Source: Trichodesmium erythraeum IMS101
GTDB taxonomy: Bacteria; Cyanobacteriota; Cyanobacteriia; Cyanobacteriales; Microcoleaceae
Reading direction: 5' to 3'
DNA: 32,000 bases
NCBI RefSeq assembly: GCF_000014265.1
Contig: NC_008312.1
Location: 6,720,001 to 6,752,000 of the forward strand
The notes under the pieces were generated by a model. That model was not told where the DNA came from and ran no database searches. It saw only the letters and a list, made by a program, of their open reading frames with translations. This document shows positions 8,535-19,029 of this stretch, piece after piece. Every line of letters begins with the position of its first letter. The first letter of the stretch is position 1. The translations under genes and the position numbers were made by a program.

Positions 8535-10526
8535 ATGAATGTAATTGGCCAAGAATTTCAACCAATAGCAGCGATCGCGACTACCCCTACAGGAGCAAAA
8601 TTATTACAACCTATTTGCCAAAAATTGGAAGGTACTCTCTGGATACCAGAGTCTTGCCGAAAAACCGTAAACCTCTCTCTTAACACTCAGGTTTACACCG
8701 ACTCTCTGAAAAACCATCTGGCAAATATTTGGCTAGACTATAATGCTATTATTTTTTCTCTTGCTAGCGGTGCAGTAATACGTTTAATTTCTCCACTCTT
8801 GCAAAATAAATATCACGATCCAGCAGTAGTTATCGTCGATCAAACAGGTAAATTTGTCATTAGTTTATGTAGCGGACATCAAGGAGGCGCCGATCAACTA
8901 ACCAATATCCTCGCTCCCCTCCTCAATGCTACCCCAGTTATTACAGGCGCATCTCATAATTTAGAATTACCTGGTATTGATATTTTGGGCAAACCTTTTG
9001 GTTGGCAACGTGGGGAAGGTGACTGGAATACAGTTAGTGGAATTATTGCCAGAGAAGAAACTGTACAAGTGCTTCAGGAAGTAGGTTCCATGTTGTGGCA
9101 AAAACATCTACCACACCAACATCCATTTTACTTTGGGTTTCCCAAAATGGGTGAAACATCTCCAACTCCTAAAGCCAGAATTTGGATTAATTTTTATCAA
9201 CATCAGTTTTCGCCAGATTCAGATTTACCAAAGGTCCAGTGGCACCCGCGAGTTTTATGGGTAGGAGTTGGTTGCGAAAGAGGAACTTCTAAAAAGTTAA
9301 TTGCCACTGGTATTGAAAAAATATTGTCCACTTATAATTTAGCAGTAAAAGCGATCGCTGGCATCGCCACTATTAATATTAAAGCTGATGAAATAGGACT
9401 AATAGAATTTTGTCAGGAAAAAAACTTACCTTTGCAGACCTTCTCAGCAGAATTATTAAACTGTGTTGAAGTACCTAATCCTTCTGATATTGTGGCCGCA
9501 GAAGTAGGAACTACTAGTGTGTCTGAAGCAGCAGCAATTTTAGCGGCAAAGCAACAGCAAGACACAGATTTTAAACAGAAATATAACGTGTTTGAACAGG
9601 AAGAAATAAGAGACAATAAACAGGAATCAAAATTACCTTTACCTGGAGAATTTCAACAGGAAAAACAACAATTAAAATTATCCACAAATTTATTAGTTAG
9701 TAAAGAAATATTCCGCCTAGAAGGAGAACCAGGAGCAATGACTATTGCCATTGCTTTATCGGAAAAAGAATATACAGGCAGAACCGGAAAATTATTATTA
9801 ATTGGTACAGGTCCTGGTCAACTAGACCAGATAACATCCGCAGCTAAAACTGCCATTAGTTATGCAGATGTTGTAATTGGTTATTCTCTTTATATTGACT
9901 TAATTCAACCCTTATTTAATCCCGGACAAATAGTCGAAAAAATGCCAATAACTCAAGAAAGACAACGAGCAGAAAGAGCAATTGAATTAGCAAACTTTGG
10001 TTTAACTGTGGCGGTAGTTTCTTCTGGAGATTCTGGAATTTATGGTATGGCAGGGTTAGTTTTAGAACAGCTTCGAGCTTCTTATTGGGATGGCAAAAAT
10101 CCGGCAGTAGAAATATTTCCGGGAATTAGTGCTTTACAATCTGCTGCTTCAAGAGTTGGTGTGCCTTTAATGCACGATTTTTGTGCTATTAGCTTGAGCG
10201 ATTTATTAACACCTTGGGAAGTAATAGAAAAACGTTTAATTGCTGCTGCAATGGCAGATTTTGTAGTGGCAATTTATAATCCTAAATCTCAGAAGAGAAC
10301 CGAACAATTAGTTAAAGCGGTCAACATTTTTTTAAAATATCGTCAACCAAAAAATCCAGTAGCAGTTGTTCGCTCTGCTTATCGAGAAAATGAAGAAGCA
10401 ACTTTAACAACTTTGGATAAATTATTAGAAGTTTCAGTTGATATGTTGACTGTAATTTTAATAGGTAATCAATCTACAGGTATTTATAATAATTGGATGA
10501 TTACACCCAGGGGTTATTTAGGGTAA
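8535..10526 (+). CDS. cobJ: bifunctional cobalt-precorrin-5A hydrolase (CbiG) / precorrin-3B C17-methyltransferase (CobJ/CbiH)
   Basis: 663-aa ORF. The C-terminal half carries tetrapyrrole-methylase motifs (LLLIGTGPG, VVSSGDSGIYGM, FPGISALQSAASRVG). The N-terminal half has CbiG-like motifs (FSLASGAVIRLI, SGHQGGA, VGVGCERG). A low-complexity Q/E/K-rich linker joins the two halves. Confidence 0.9.
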   Translation: MNVIGQEFQPIAAIATTPTGAKLLQPICQKLEGTLWIPESCRKTVNLSLNTQVYTDSLKNHLANIWLDYNAIIFSLASGAVIRLISPLLQNKYHDPAVVIVDQTGKFVISLCSGHQGGADQLTNILAPLLNATPVITGASHNLELPGIDILGKPFGWQRGEGDWNTVSGIIAREETVQVLQEVGSMLWQKHLPHQHPFYFGFPKMGETSPTPKARIWINFYQHQFSPDSDLPKVQWHPRVLWVGVGCERGTSKKLIATGIEKILSTYNLAVKAIAGIATINIKADEIGLIEFCQEKNLPLQTFSAELLNCVEVPNPSDIVAAEVGTTSVSEAAAILAAKQQQDTDFKQKYNVFEQEEIRDNKQESKLPLPGEFQQEKQQLKLSTNLLVSKEIFRLEGEPGAMTIAIALSEKEYTGRTGKLLLIGTGPGQLDQITSAAKTAISYADVVIGYSLYIDLIQPLFNPGQIVEKMPITQERQRAERAIELANFGLTVAVVSSGDSGIYGMAGLVLEQLRASYWDGKNPAVEIFPGISALQSAASRVGVPLMHDFCAISLSDLLTPWEVIEKRLIAAAMADFVVAIYNPKSQKRTEQLVKAVNIFLKYRQPKNPVAVVRSAYRENEEATLTTLDKLLEVSVDMLTVILIGNQSTGIYNNWMITPRGYLG

Positions 10527-10527
10527 G

Positions 10528-10561
10528 TAGGGAGTGGGGTAGTGCATAAAATGACTCCCTA
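10528..10561 (+). terminator. stem-loop immediately after the cobJ stop
   Basis: There is an 8-bp perfect stem (TAGGGAGT 10528-10535 / ACTCCCTA 10554-10561) with an 18-nt loop. No clear T-run follows, so its role as a terminator is tentative. Confidence 0.3.
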
Positions 10562-10927
10562 TTCATGATATAATTATTAATATTAAACTCAAATATTCAA
10601 AAAATATTTTGCATTTCACAAGTTTAATATTAGGAATAATTAATTATGGATATCTAGATAGTATTATTAGCATTAGATGGAAAACTTGAATTACTCCCAC
10701 CAAAAAAAAATTAAGCACTAAGCAAAATTAAAAAATCAAACTAACTATTAGCGATCGCTAAGTTTATATCAGAGAAAGTTTAATAATTTTAGAAAAAGTT
10801 CAGCAACCCCTAAACTTAAGTCATTGGTGTCAACATATTGAATATTTAGCACCAGGCTCAAATAAACCTTCTCTTTAAGAAATTAGTGAAATAGTAAAAA
10901 AAGTCGACGGGAACGGAAGTTTGATCA

Positions 10928-11335
10928 ATGAGAGTTTTTCTAGATATAAATATTTTGATTTCGGCTTGGTTGTGGGGTGGTGTTCCTGGTCAAATTATAT
11001 TCATTACTAAAAATCAGCAAATTACTGCGTAAGCTTTCTCAACCAATTTGATAGGAGTTAGAAACTACTTGAAAAATAGCAAAACTTCAGGCAAGAATAG
11101 AGTTATGAGAATAGTGGAGCCTTTCATTTCCAGAACCCAAAAGTAATCACAATTTTGTCTAACAACTGTTGTCAATTTTTTTCTACTCTGTGACCTAGAT
11201 GATACTGTGATGTTGATCACTGCCCATGGATCTCAAGTTAATGTTCTTCTTGCTCGCGATTTAAATTTACTAAGTTTGTCAGAATTTTGAAGCATTCCGA
11301 TCTTGAAACCCATAAATTTGATCACGGCTTATTTT
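10928..11335 (+). pseudogene. degraded PIN-domain toxin gene
   Basis: The N-terminal piece MRVFLDINILISAWLWGGVPGQIIFITKNQQITA* has the PIN signature VFLD.N.LISA. After stops and frameshifts, a C-terminal piece DLDDTVMLITAHGSQVNVLLARDLNLLSLSEF*SIPILKP resembles the D..D...L..A......LVT.D.DLL.L..F.GI.I..P end of PIN proteins. Confidence 0.55.
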
Positions 11336-11612
11336 CCTGCTACATAAAATATGATTTTCACTTATAAAGCGATCGCTCCTGGGTAGTCCTGTAGATCAAG
11401 TGATATTTACAGGTAAACTCTTTTTCTCTCTCATGAGTCTAACTGCAAAAATCACTACTTGTACACCACTACTCACTCCTAAAACTAGGAAGCGATCGCT
11501 CTGACCTAACATTTATAGTCATTTCAATTGAAGTCAAGACGAGGCTTGATTTTTTGTGAAATAGCTTCAGAACAAAAAGTGTTATACTCTTATTTGAAAT
11601 GACCATATAACT

Positions 11613-12389
11613 TTAGTTATTCTTTTTCTGTTTTAACATCGAACCAGTACCAACAGCGCCTATAGCCAATAAACCTAAAATTGAAGTTGGCTCAGGTACC
11701 GGAGTAGACTTACTAATCCTGACTGGACCAACAATAGCATCCATTGACTCTGGACTACTAATGTCTAGTTGAATTGCCCCAACATTAGTGAAATCTGCAG
11801 TACCAACAAAATCTTGAAAGAGGAAAGTTTCTGCTTTTGAAGTCAACGTACTGCTGTTAAGGATCCGTGAAATACTTGAACTGTTGCTGTTCATATCATA
11901 GATAGTAAAGGTCATATCTAAACCAGCAGCCTCGGCTAACATGATATCCATCGAAATACTATCTAGATTACCCTGAGTTATATTTATTCCTCCCAAACCC
12001 TGAGGATTTAGTGTTTGAGAATTATTAACTCCATCCCAACGTATCATTCCAGTCCCAGTGATGCCAGCATCGTTGTTAAAAGATCCTTCTCCGTTAACTA
12101 CTGAGAGATTACTGCTGAGATATGGATTATTACTATTGTTGTTTACTACCTCAACAAATATATCCCGGTAACCACCCAGAATATTACCTGTTGGTCCTAC
12201 TTGGCTGTTAGTTAGTGGACCAGTACTCTCAACCATCTGAAAATCGAGAAACTCGTCGATAAATATATTTTTTGTATTTGCTTGAGCGTTACCTACTCCT
12301 AACAGAACTGTACTAGCTAATGCAGCAACTGTCGTTTGTACTGTCTTAGTTAGAGTATTTTTTTTTGACACTTGAGCTTTATCCTTCAT
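11613..12389 (-). CDS. PEP-CTERM sorting-domain secreted protein
   Basis: ATG-started 258-aa ORF. It has an N-terminal signal-like region (TTVAALASTVLLGVGNAQA). The C-terminus PVPEPTSILGLLAIGAVGTGSMLKQKKNN gives the PEP motif, a TM helix and a basic tail. Confidence 0.85.
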   Translation of the reverse strand: MKDKAQVSKKNTLTKTVQTTVAALASTVLLGVGNAQANTKNIFIDEFLDFQMVESTGPLTNSQVGPTGNILGGYRDIFVEVVNNNSNNPYLSSNLSVVNGEGSFNNDAGITGTGMIRWDGVNNSQTLNPQGLGGINITQGNLDSISMDIMLAEAAGLDMTFTIYDMNSNSSSISRILNSSTLTSKAETFLFQDFVGTADFTNVGAIQLDISSPESMDAIVGPVRISKSTPVPEPTSILGLLAIGAVGTGSMLKQKKNN

Positions 12390-13492
12390 AATTATTATGA
12401 TCCTTAGAGTTGTATTTCCCCGGACTGAGGCAAAGAAAGCCGATTTCTAGGATAAATGGTTATTTTACTAAGCTAGCCTGCATAAGTCCTATTTATTTAA
12501 CTACTCGTTAAATATTTTTGATTAATCTAACATCAATTATAGCAGAAATAAAAATAATCTACATACTTGCCCCTTTTGTCAATCTTTTATTTTACTTATT
12601 TCTCCTAATAATTATACTTATGCTTTGTTTTTTTGTCAATGCAAAGCCCCTAGAGGATATTATATTACAAACCAATACAATATTTAGCATCTGCTTCATC
12701 CCATTTTTATTAAATAAACATAAAAACTAGAAACAGGAATTCAGTTTCATAAACATTCTATTTTATAAATAGTATCATTTTTTCTATGGATACAGCTACT
12801 ATAAAATATATGAATTGATTTTTTTTTAGGTCTATTCATAATAATCTATAAGTGGAAATAATAGTAAACAATATGATTTTATATTAAATATTATATACAT
12901 AGTTTTATCTTTTGTAAGGTAATTATAAATCTACTATATCTCTACTAAAATCACCATTCTCATAATAGTAATTAGTCTGTATCTTATTAGCACCATTGAT
13001 ATTAAATGTAAGTTCAGCTTCTTTTGCTTTGCTTACAATATTTAGAAAAGACGATAAAGCTATATCTGATAAAATCCTAATAATAATAATCACTACAAAT
13101 CACTCAATACAAGTAAATAAATAGTTATTATTTTGCTTGTTTAAACCTTGTAAAATCACCTAATTGTTCTTCTAAATTGAATAAAAATGAAAACTTTTAT
13201 GTGATATCTCTATTAACATTCATATTTTTACCTTTGATATAAATATGATTTTTTATCAAGTTTGACCTTCATCTCTTCTATTGATATTCTTGTCTGCAAT
13301 TTTATAAATTATGCAGTTATTTAGGTAAATATTTCCTGAGTAATATTGCGCAAATAGCCGTTAGCAATCAACTATAAACCATGAATTATTAATATTATTT
13401 CCATTTGAATAGTTCAGTTAAACCTCATCCCAGAGTTTGAGTAATAAGATAGATAAAGCTCAAACCCTACTACAAACAAAAACTTTTTTATT

Positions 13493-13617
13493 GCTTCCCC
13501 ATCCACAGTAACAACTTTCACCTTGACAGATATCCCATACTCTGAAACCTTACTATTGAGTGTGGAACAAGAAGAAAACCCATATCAAGAACCTGGAAAA
13601 ATTGTTGTTCTAAATTA
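13493..13617 (+). repeat. copy 1 of a 125-bp dispersed direct repeat (carries an ORF tail ending in TAA)
   Basis: Aligns with 13884-14008. I count 6 substitutions, 5 of them in the first ~25 nt. It reads ASPSTVTTFTLTDIPYSETLLLSVEQEENPYQEPGKIVVLN* with no start codon upstream. Confidence 0.85.
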
Positions 13618-13883
13618 ATAGAAACAGGACTTACGCAAATTCACTGAGGCCCAACCTCTATAGGGACAACAGCCATTTGACCTCACAATTAATACCTGCC
13701 CGTGCCGAAGTCCTGAGAAATATATTATTTTCTATTATTTCACTAAACAAGTGCATAAATTTTCCTCCTCAATAAAAAAGAATTAATAGAAACTCGAAAA
13801 ACCTATATATAGGAGTTATCCAAATATTATCTTTTTTCAACAGAATAGTTTTCTTGACCAATATTATTACTTTGATAGCGATC

Positions 13884-14008
13884 GCTTCCCCATCAATAGC
13901 AACCACGTTCACCTTGACAGATATCCCATACTCTGAAACCTTACTATTGAGTGTGGAACAAGAAGAAAACCAATATCAAGAACCTGGAAAAATTGTTGTT
14001 CTAAATTA
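13884..14008 (+). repeat. copy 2 of the 125-bp direct repeat
   Basis: Reads ASPSIATTFTLTDIPYSETLLLSVEQEENQYQEPGKIVVLN*. A HIP1 site lies at its 5' edge. Confidence 0.85.
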
Positions 14009-14150
14009 GAAGTATAATATTAAATATTGTCAATTTTCAACAATTTTTTTTAATCTTCGTTTTTAATATTTGTGCCTTATGATTAAAATCAAGTTATTGC
14101 AAGGAGAAAACTATTCAATGATTTCCATAAAATAGTTATCAAGACTTATT

Positions 14151-14888
14151 ATGGGAGCTCCAACTATTGCCTCAATAACGACAATGTCAGCTTTAAGTGC
14201 CAAAGCAGGAACATTTACTTACTCCGACTCAACATTTAATAACGAAGACTGAGAACTAACCAGAAAAAACACTGGTTACTTAAGTGGTTCAGCAACTGTA
14301 ACCCAAGTCAATTCAGGAGATATTGATAGTAAATTTCGTCGTATAGTCAACTCTGTTAACTCATCTTCCCCTTCTCAAAAATCTACTGTTTGGGGAGTCC
14401 ATCTTTAGAATAGCGATACCCATAGCCCACAAACTCAAGGAGCAATTTTTTCTATTAATTATTCTGAAAACTCTATTATCTATTCCGTTGTCTGGTTTTG
14501 GCCAAAGACAAAGTGTAGGTTTAGCTTTGAAACAAAACGGCAATTTTTATCTAGGGGTGGGCAATAACTATTTTATTAAGCCAGAGACAAGCTGGACTAA
14601 AAAATATTTAACAAATTTGACAGAAAGCAATTTTCAGTTAATAGGCGGCGGGGTTAACCAGCATCCAGACTTTTCTGAACAAGACGTAGACATTCAATGA
14701 TGATTTTCCCGTGGCAATACCCCAGGTTTTAATGCTAATGGTTATTCCATATTTGGTGGTATAGACAACTAGTCAGTGGTAGTCACAATAGAAAAACAAG
14801 AAACAGCACCAGTTCCCGAACCAACAAGCACAGTGGGAATTGTGGTTTTAGTAGCGATCGCTTTATTCAGACACAAACGTCATAGTTA
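14151..14888 (+). pseudogene. frameshifted and stop-interrupted PEP-CTERM protein gene
   Basis: Starts MGAPTIASITTMSALSAKAGTFTYSDSTFNNED*. It continues in other frames (track ORF 14488-14700, then FSRGNTPGFNANGYSIFGGIDN*). It ends with an intact sorting signal, APVPEPTSTVGIVVLVAIALFRHKRHS*. Confidence 0.6.
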
Positions 14889-15475
14889 GAAATTCTAGCC
14901 CACCCATCTCACCAACACCTGAGTCAGATAAAATTCACTATATAATTTTATCTTCTCGGATACAAGAATAGTCCTGTTATTAATTCAAACAGGACTTACC
15001 TACGGGCACTACATGAGCGTGAGTGCGAACGCCTAAAAGCCTATACATATCGCGGACCTAGGTAAACTTGTACAACTACAAAACAAATGCCGTAAACTAC
15101 TAAGTGCATCCTGAAATTTTCTAGCCTGTGTCATCACTAGGAAGCTCCTGGAGAAGGAAGTTACAATAACTAAAGGTATAGCTATTTTAGGATCGACAGA
15201 GGTTGCTATAGTAGGCAAACATATATTTAAAAAACCCAGTCATCTTATTCCTTTGAGAAAAGCTGCAAAGAAAAACAATAAAAGTATGGAAATTATTGCC
15301 TAGAAATTCATATCAGAATTTACCCACACACATGAAGTTATATAACATTTGTAGGGGTTAACAGCCATTAACCCCAAGCATCATATAGAATAGTTATCCG
15401 TAACTCCTGATATCATAGTGCTATTTATAAAAGCCAATTAATTAACTGATAATCATTTCACGAATATACACCAAA

Positions 15476-16471
15476 ATGTCTACAAACATCTGGACTCCTC
15501 GTCATATCCTCTCTCTAGCAGAATTTACACCCACTGAATACAACATCATATTACAAACAGCAACCAGTTTTCAAGAAGTTCTGGGTCGCCGAATGAAAAA
15601 AGTACCTGCATTACAAGGTCAAGTAGTAGCAAATTTATTCTTTGAACCCTCAACACGCACTCGTAATAGTTTTGAATTAGCTGCCAAACGCTTATCTGCA
15701 GATACCCTAAATTTTGCTCCAGGAACCTCCTCTCTTACTAAGGGAGAAACTATTCTTGATACAGCAATGACCTATCTAGCAATGGGAACAGATATGATGG
15801 TCATCCGACATCGAAATGCAGGAGTTCCAGCAGCGATCGCCTCTGCCATGGATCGAAACGGTCATCAAGTTCGAGTTCTTAATGCTGGAGACGGTCAACA
15901 CGAACATCCTTCTCAAGCTTTACTGGACCTATTTACTATTTGTAAATTATTAAATTCAACTGAACCCAGAATAGAACTTTTAGAAACAAAAAAAATTGCT
16001 ATTGTAGGAGATATTTTGCACTCTAGAGTAGCACGATCTAATATTTGGAGTTTAACAGCTTCTGGTGCAGAAGTACATTTAGCAGGAACCCCCACTTTAC
16101 TACCTAAATATTTTGGTGAATTTGGAAAACTAAGACCCTCAAAATTATTTGTACATTGGGATATCGAACCGGCCTTAGAAAAAGCTGATTTTGTCATGAC
16201 TTTACGTCTACAAAAAGAAAGAATGAGTCAACATTTACTGCCAAGTTTACGGGAATATCATCAACTATTTGGAATTACACGTGATCGCCTAAAACTTTGT
16301 CAACCAGGAGTCAAAATATTACACCCCGGACCTGTTAACCGAGGAGTAGAAATTAGCTCTGACTTAATGGACGACCCACAGTTAAGTCTAATTTCTCAAC
16401 AAGTCACCAGTGGCATTGCTGTCAGAATGGCTTTACTATATCTTTTAGGAGGAGGCAAAGCTGATCAATAA
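15476..16471 (+). CDS. pyrB: aspartate carbamoyltransferase catalytic subunit
   Basis: 331-aa ORF with the ATCase motifs [23 protein letters not shown] and HPGPVNRG. Confidence 0.95.
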
Positions 16472-16986
16472 TTAAAAACAATTAAAGCCTAAGTGCAAAC
16501 ATTCAGCAGTCATCTATTATCTTGAGCCGGTGATCAGGTAGAAACATTACATCCAACCTCAGTACTAAATAAGAATAATTAACATGAACTAGGCTCAAAT
16601 TAGCAATAATATTCTTGATTTTTTTTCATTACTTAATAACTGAAATTTGACCTAAGTATATTATTAATTCATGAGAATTGGTATCAAATACCCACCCCAA
16701 TTCATCTTTAAATTATCTTACTATATTATAATCTATTTTTATTTCAAATTAAACATACAGCATATTTAATAGTTTATGAAGTGAAATAGCAATAAATTTT
16801 GAGTTTTTGAAATATGCAATTAAGTTTTTCTTCTGACTTTCCCCAACCTACTATAACACTGCACCCAAATTACATGAATGGAAGCTATAAATCTTCATAA
16901 CTCCTCATTTATCCTCTGAAAAAATCACAATTTTGCTATAATTAATATATTTTTGATATTACTGAAAAAAAAATATTTATACTACC

Positions 16987-17511
16987 ATGAATTCTAATTT
17001 TACAGCACCTTTCTCTGGAGAACTGAAAGAAGAAAAAGATAACTTTTCTATTACTATAGCTCCTTTATCTATTGCAGAAATATATGCTTTAGCAGATAAC
17101 CCTAGCAATGGCGCTGTAGTTGTAATGAGCGGAATGGTTCGTAATATAACAGACGCTAAATCTGTTATTGCTTTAGAATACCAATCCTATCAACCTATGG
17201 CTATCAAAGTCTTCGAGCAAATTGCCACAGAAATTCGCCATCAATGGCCAGAAGTTAATACAGTCGTAATTCATCATCGGGTGGGACGTTTAAACGTTGG
17301 TGACATCAGCGTATTAGTCGCAATAGGTTGTCCCCATCGCTCAGAAGCATTTGAAGCTTGTCGTTATACTATTGACACTTTAAAGCATACAGCCCCTATC
17401 TGGAAAAAAGAACATTGGGCCGATGGATCAAGTAGTTGGGTAAGTATTGGAGCTTGTGAAATAGAAAATCAGAATAACTCGGAACCTCTTAAAAATATTC
17501 CACGCCTATAA
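16987..17511 (+). CDS. moaE: molybdopterin synthase catalytic subunit MoaE
   Basis: 174-aa ORF with a MoaE-like core: NGAVVVMSGMVRN, LEYQSY.PMA, HHRVGRL.VGD.SV and PIWKKEHWADGS.WV. Confidence 0.85.
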   Translation: MNSNFTAPFSGELKEEKDNFSITIAPLSIAEIYALADNPSNGAVVVMSGMVRNITDAKSVIALEYQSYQPMAIKVFEQIATEIRHQWPEVNTVVIHHRVGRLNVGDISVLVAIGCPHRSEAFEACRYTIDTLKHTAPIWKKEHWADGSSSWVSIGACEIENQNNSEPLKNIPRL

Positions 17512-17679
17512 ACATAGTTGCACTGTATTATATAACCCCCGTTCTAGATTCAAAAAATTCTAGTATAAAATGCAGGAGTCAGAATATGCAATGGTTCTGG
17601 CTAATAGCCATTCCCTTGTACAGAAGTTAGGATAAAATCATAGTCGTCCATAGGAATAAATATTTAACAAGCTGTGTAT

Positions 17680-17930
17680 ACTTGGGTAAGTCTTGGAGCT
17701 TGTGAAATAGAGATTCAGAAGAAGTTAGGAACTCTTAAAAATATTCCACGTCATTAGATATAATTACTTTTTTTATAATAAACACCCATATCTATATGTA
17801 ATGTTCGTATGAAACCCGTTGTAGTGTAAAAAAAAGTCCAGGAGTTGTAAAGGCTGATAGCTATCCGCCTGCAAGCGCAGTTAGGATAAAATTATAGTTG
17901 TCTTACTTGAGTAAGTATTTTAACTAACCT
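17680..17930 (+). repeat. diverged tandem second copy of the unit (moaE 3' end plus downstream spacer); 17680-17757 is a moaE-tail pseudo-fragment
   Basis: 17680-17757 (acttgggtaagtcttggagcttgtgaaatagag...aaaaatattccacgtcattag) aligns with moaE 17434-17511. The downstream blocks cccgtt(c/g)tag, (g/c)caggagt and gttaggataaaat(c/t)atagt(c/t)gtc recur in the same order. Confidence 0.75.
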
Positions 17931-18116
17931 ATTTATATCTAGTATTTTCTTGAGGATATGACCAATAAAGATAAAGTTAATAAATACAATATATATATTA
18001 ATTATATATACCTAACAAGCAACGGATTTTTATAGTATTTTTAATATTACAAGTTGACGTGGGGAATGTGGGTTGTAGTGAAGTAGGAAAATAAAATTAT
18101 TAAGCCAATTCCGCCA

Positions 18117-18773
18117 ATGAGTCAATATATGTATGTACCGTGGTCTAAGGTAGAACAAACCCTTTCGCAAGTGGAATTGCCACCAGAAAAACTCTCTAAC
18201 TACGATCTAGTATTGCGCTGCCAACAAGGTAGTCGCCCAGATCGTACAACTTTTGCAGAACTTCTACATCGATACCAACTCCATGTAGATAAAATCTTAT
18301 ATCACTTGGCCCCCGAATGGCAAGATAGATCTGATTTGGCCCAAGAGGTTTGGATCCGTGTATATCGTAATATTAGAGGCCTACAAGAACCAGCAAAATT
18401 TAAGAGCTGGCTCAGTCGGATAACAACTAATCTATTTTATGACGAGTTACGGAAACGAAAACGAATTACCCCACCTCTATCGTTGGACGCTCCTTTGACT
18501 TTAGATGATGGTATAGTAGATTGGGAAATTGCTACAGATAAACCAGGACCAGAAGAACAATTAACCACACAAGAATTTTACGATCATCTTAGAGATGCGA
18601 TCGCTCAATTACCTGAAGTATTCAGAGTAACTATTATCTTGAGAGAAATTCAGGGTTTATCATACGAAGAAATTTCAGAAATTACAGGAGTTTCTCTAGG
18701 AACTGTTAAATCAAGAATTGCTAGAGCTAGACAAAGATTACAATTGCAGCTCCAAAAATATTTAGATATTTGA
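18117..18773 (+). CDS. ECF-type (group 4) sigma-70 family RNA polymerase sigma factor
   Basis: 218-aa ORF. Region 2 reads DLAQEVWIRVYRNIRGL....FKSWLSRITTNLFYDELRKRKR. Region 4 reads ILREIQGLSYEEISEITGVSLGTVKSRIARARQRL. It may be a SigG-like orthologue, but I cannot confirm that. Confidence 0.85.
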   Translation: MSQYMYVPWSKVEQTLSQVELPPEKLSNYDLVLRCQQGSRPDRTTFAELLHRYQLHVDKILYHLAPEWQDRSDLAQEVWIRVYRNIRGLQEPAKFKSWLSRITTNLFYDELRKRKRITPPLSLDAPLTLDDGIVDWEIATDKPGPEEQLTTQEFYDHLRDAIAQLPEVFRVTIILREIQGLSYEEISEITGVSLGTVKSRIARARQRLQLQLQKYLDI

Positions 18774-19029
18774 TGATTTTAATAAGCTACATTAAGTTCT
18801 TACATTCTCTTGTAAATTATTCAAAAATCTATCCAAAAAAACTAACAATATTAAAAACTAACAATATTTCAATATATACCTAAAGTTTAGCTAAATTTAA
18901 GTAAAAAAAACTAATTGCCAAACAAATTTATTTTTTGATAAATAAATCTTAACTCCATAATTTACAAGTATGAGTAAAAAATTGAATTAAGATGAGTTTT
19001 GTCATCATCTTCAAAGTAGGAAAAAAACG

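Noticed and set aside
12518-12730. 70-aa I/L/F-rich ORF starting at TTG.
   Set aside because: It sits in extremely AT-rich DNA. Its hydrophobic low-complexity content is what T-rich sequence produces, and it has no ATG start and no homology signal.
13493-14008. The 125-bp repeat pair as a diversity-generating retroelement template/variable repeat pair.
   Set aside because: The 6 mismatches are not adenine-specific (C/A, C/T, T/C, A/C, T/G, C/A). There is no reverse transcriptase gene in the window.
15033-15218. Minus-strand 61-aa ORF upstream of pyrB.
   Set aside because: It has no family resemblance and no convincing start context, and the surrounding sequence looks like decayed spacer.
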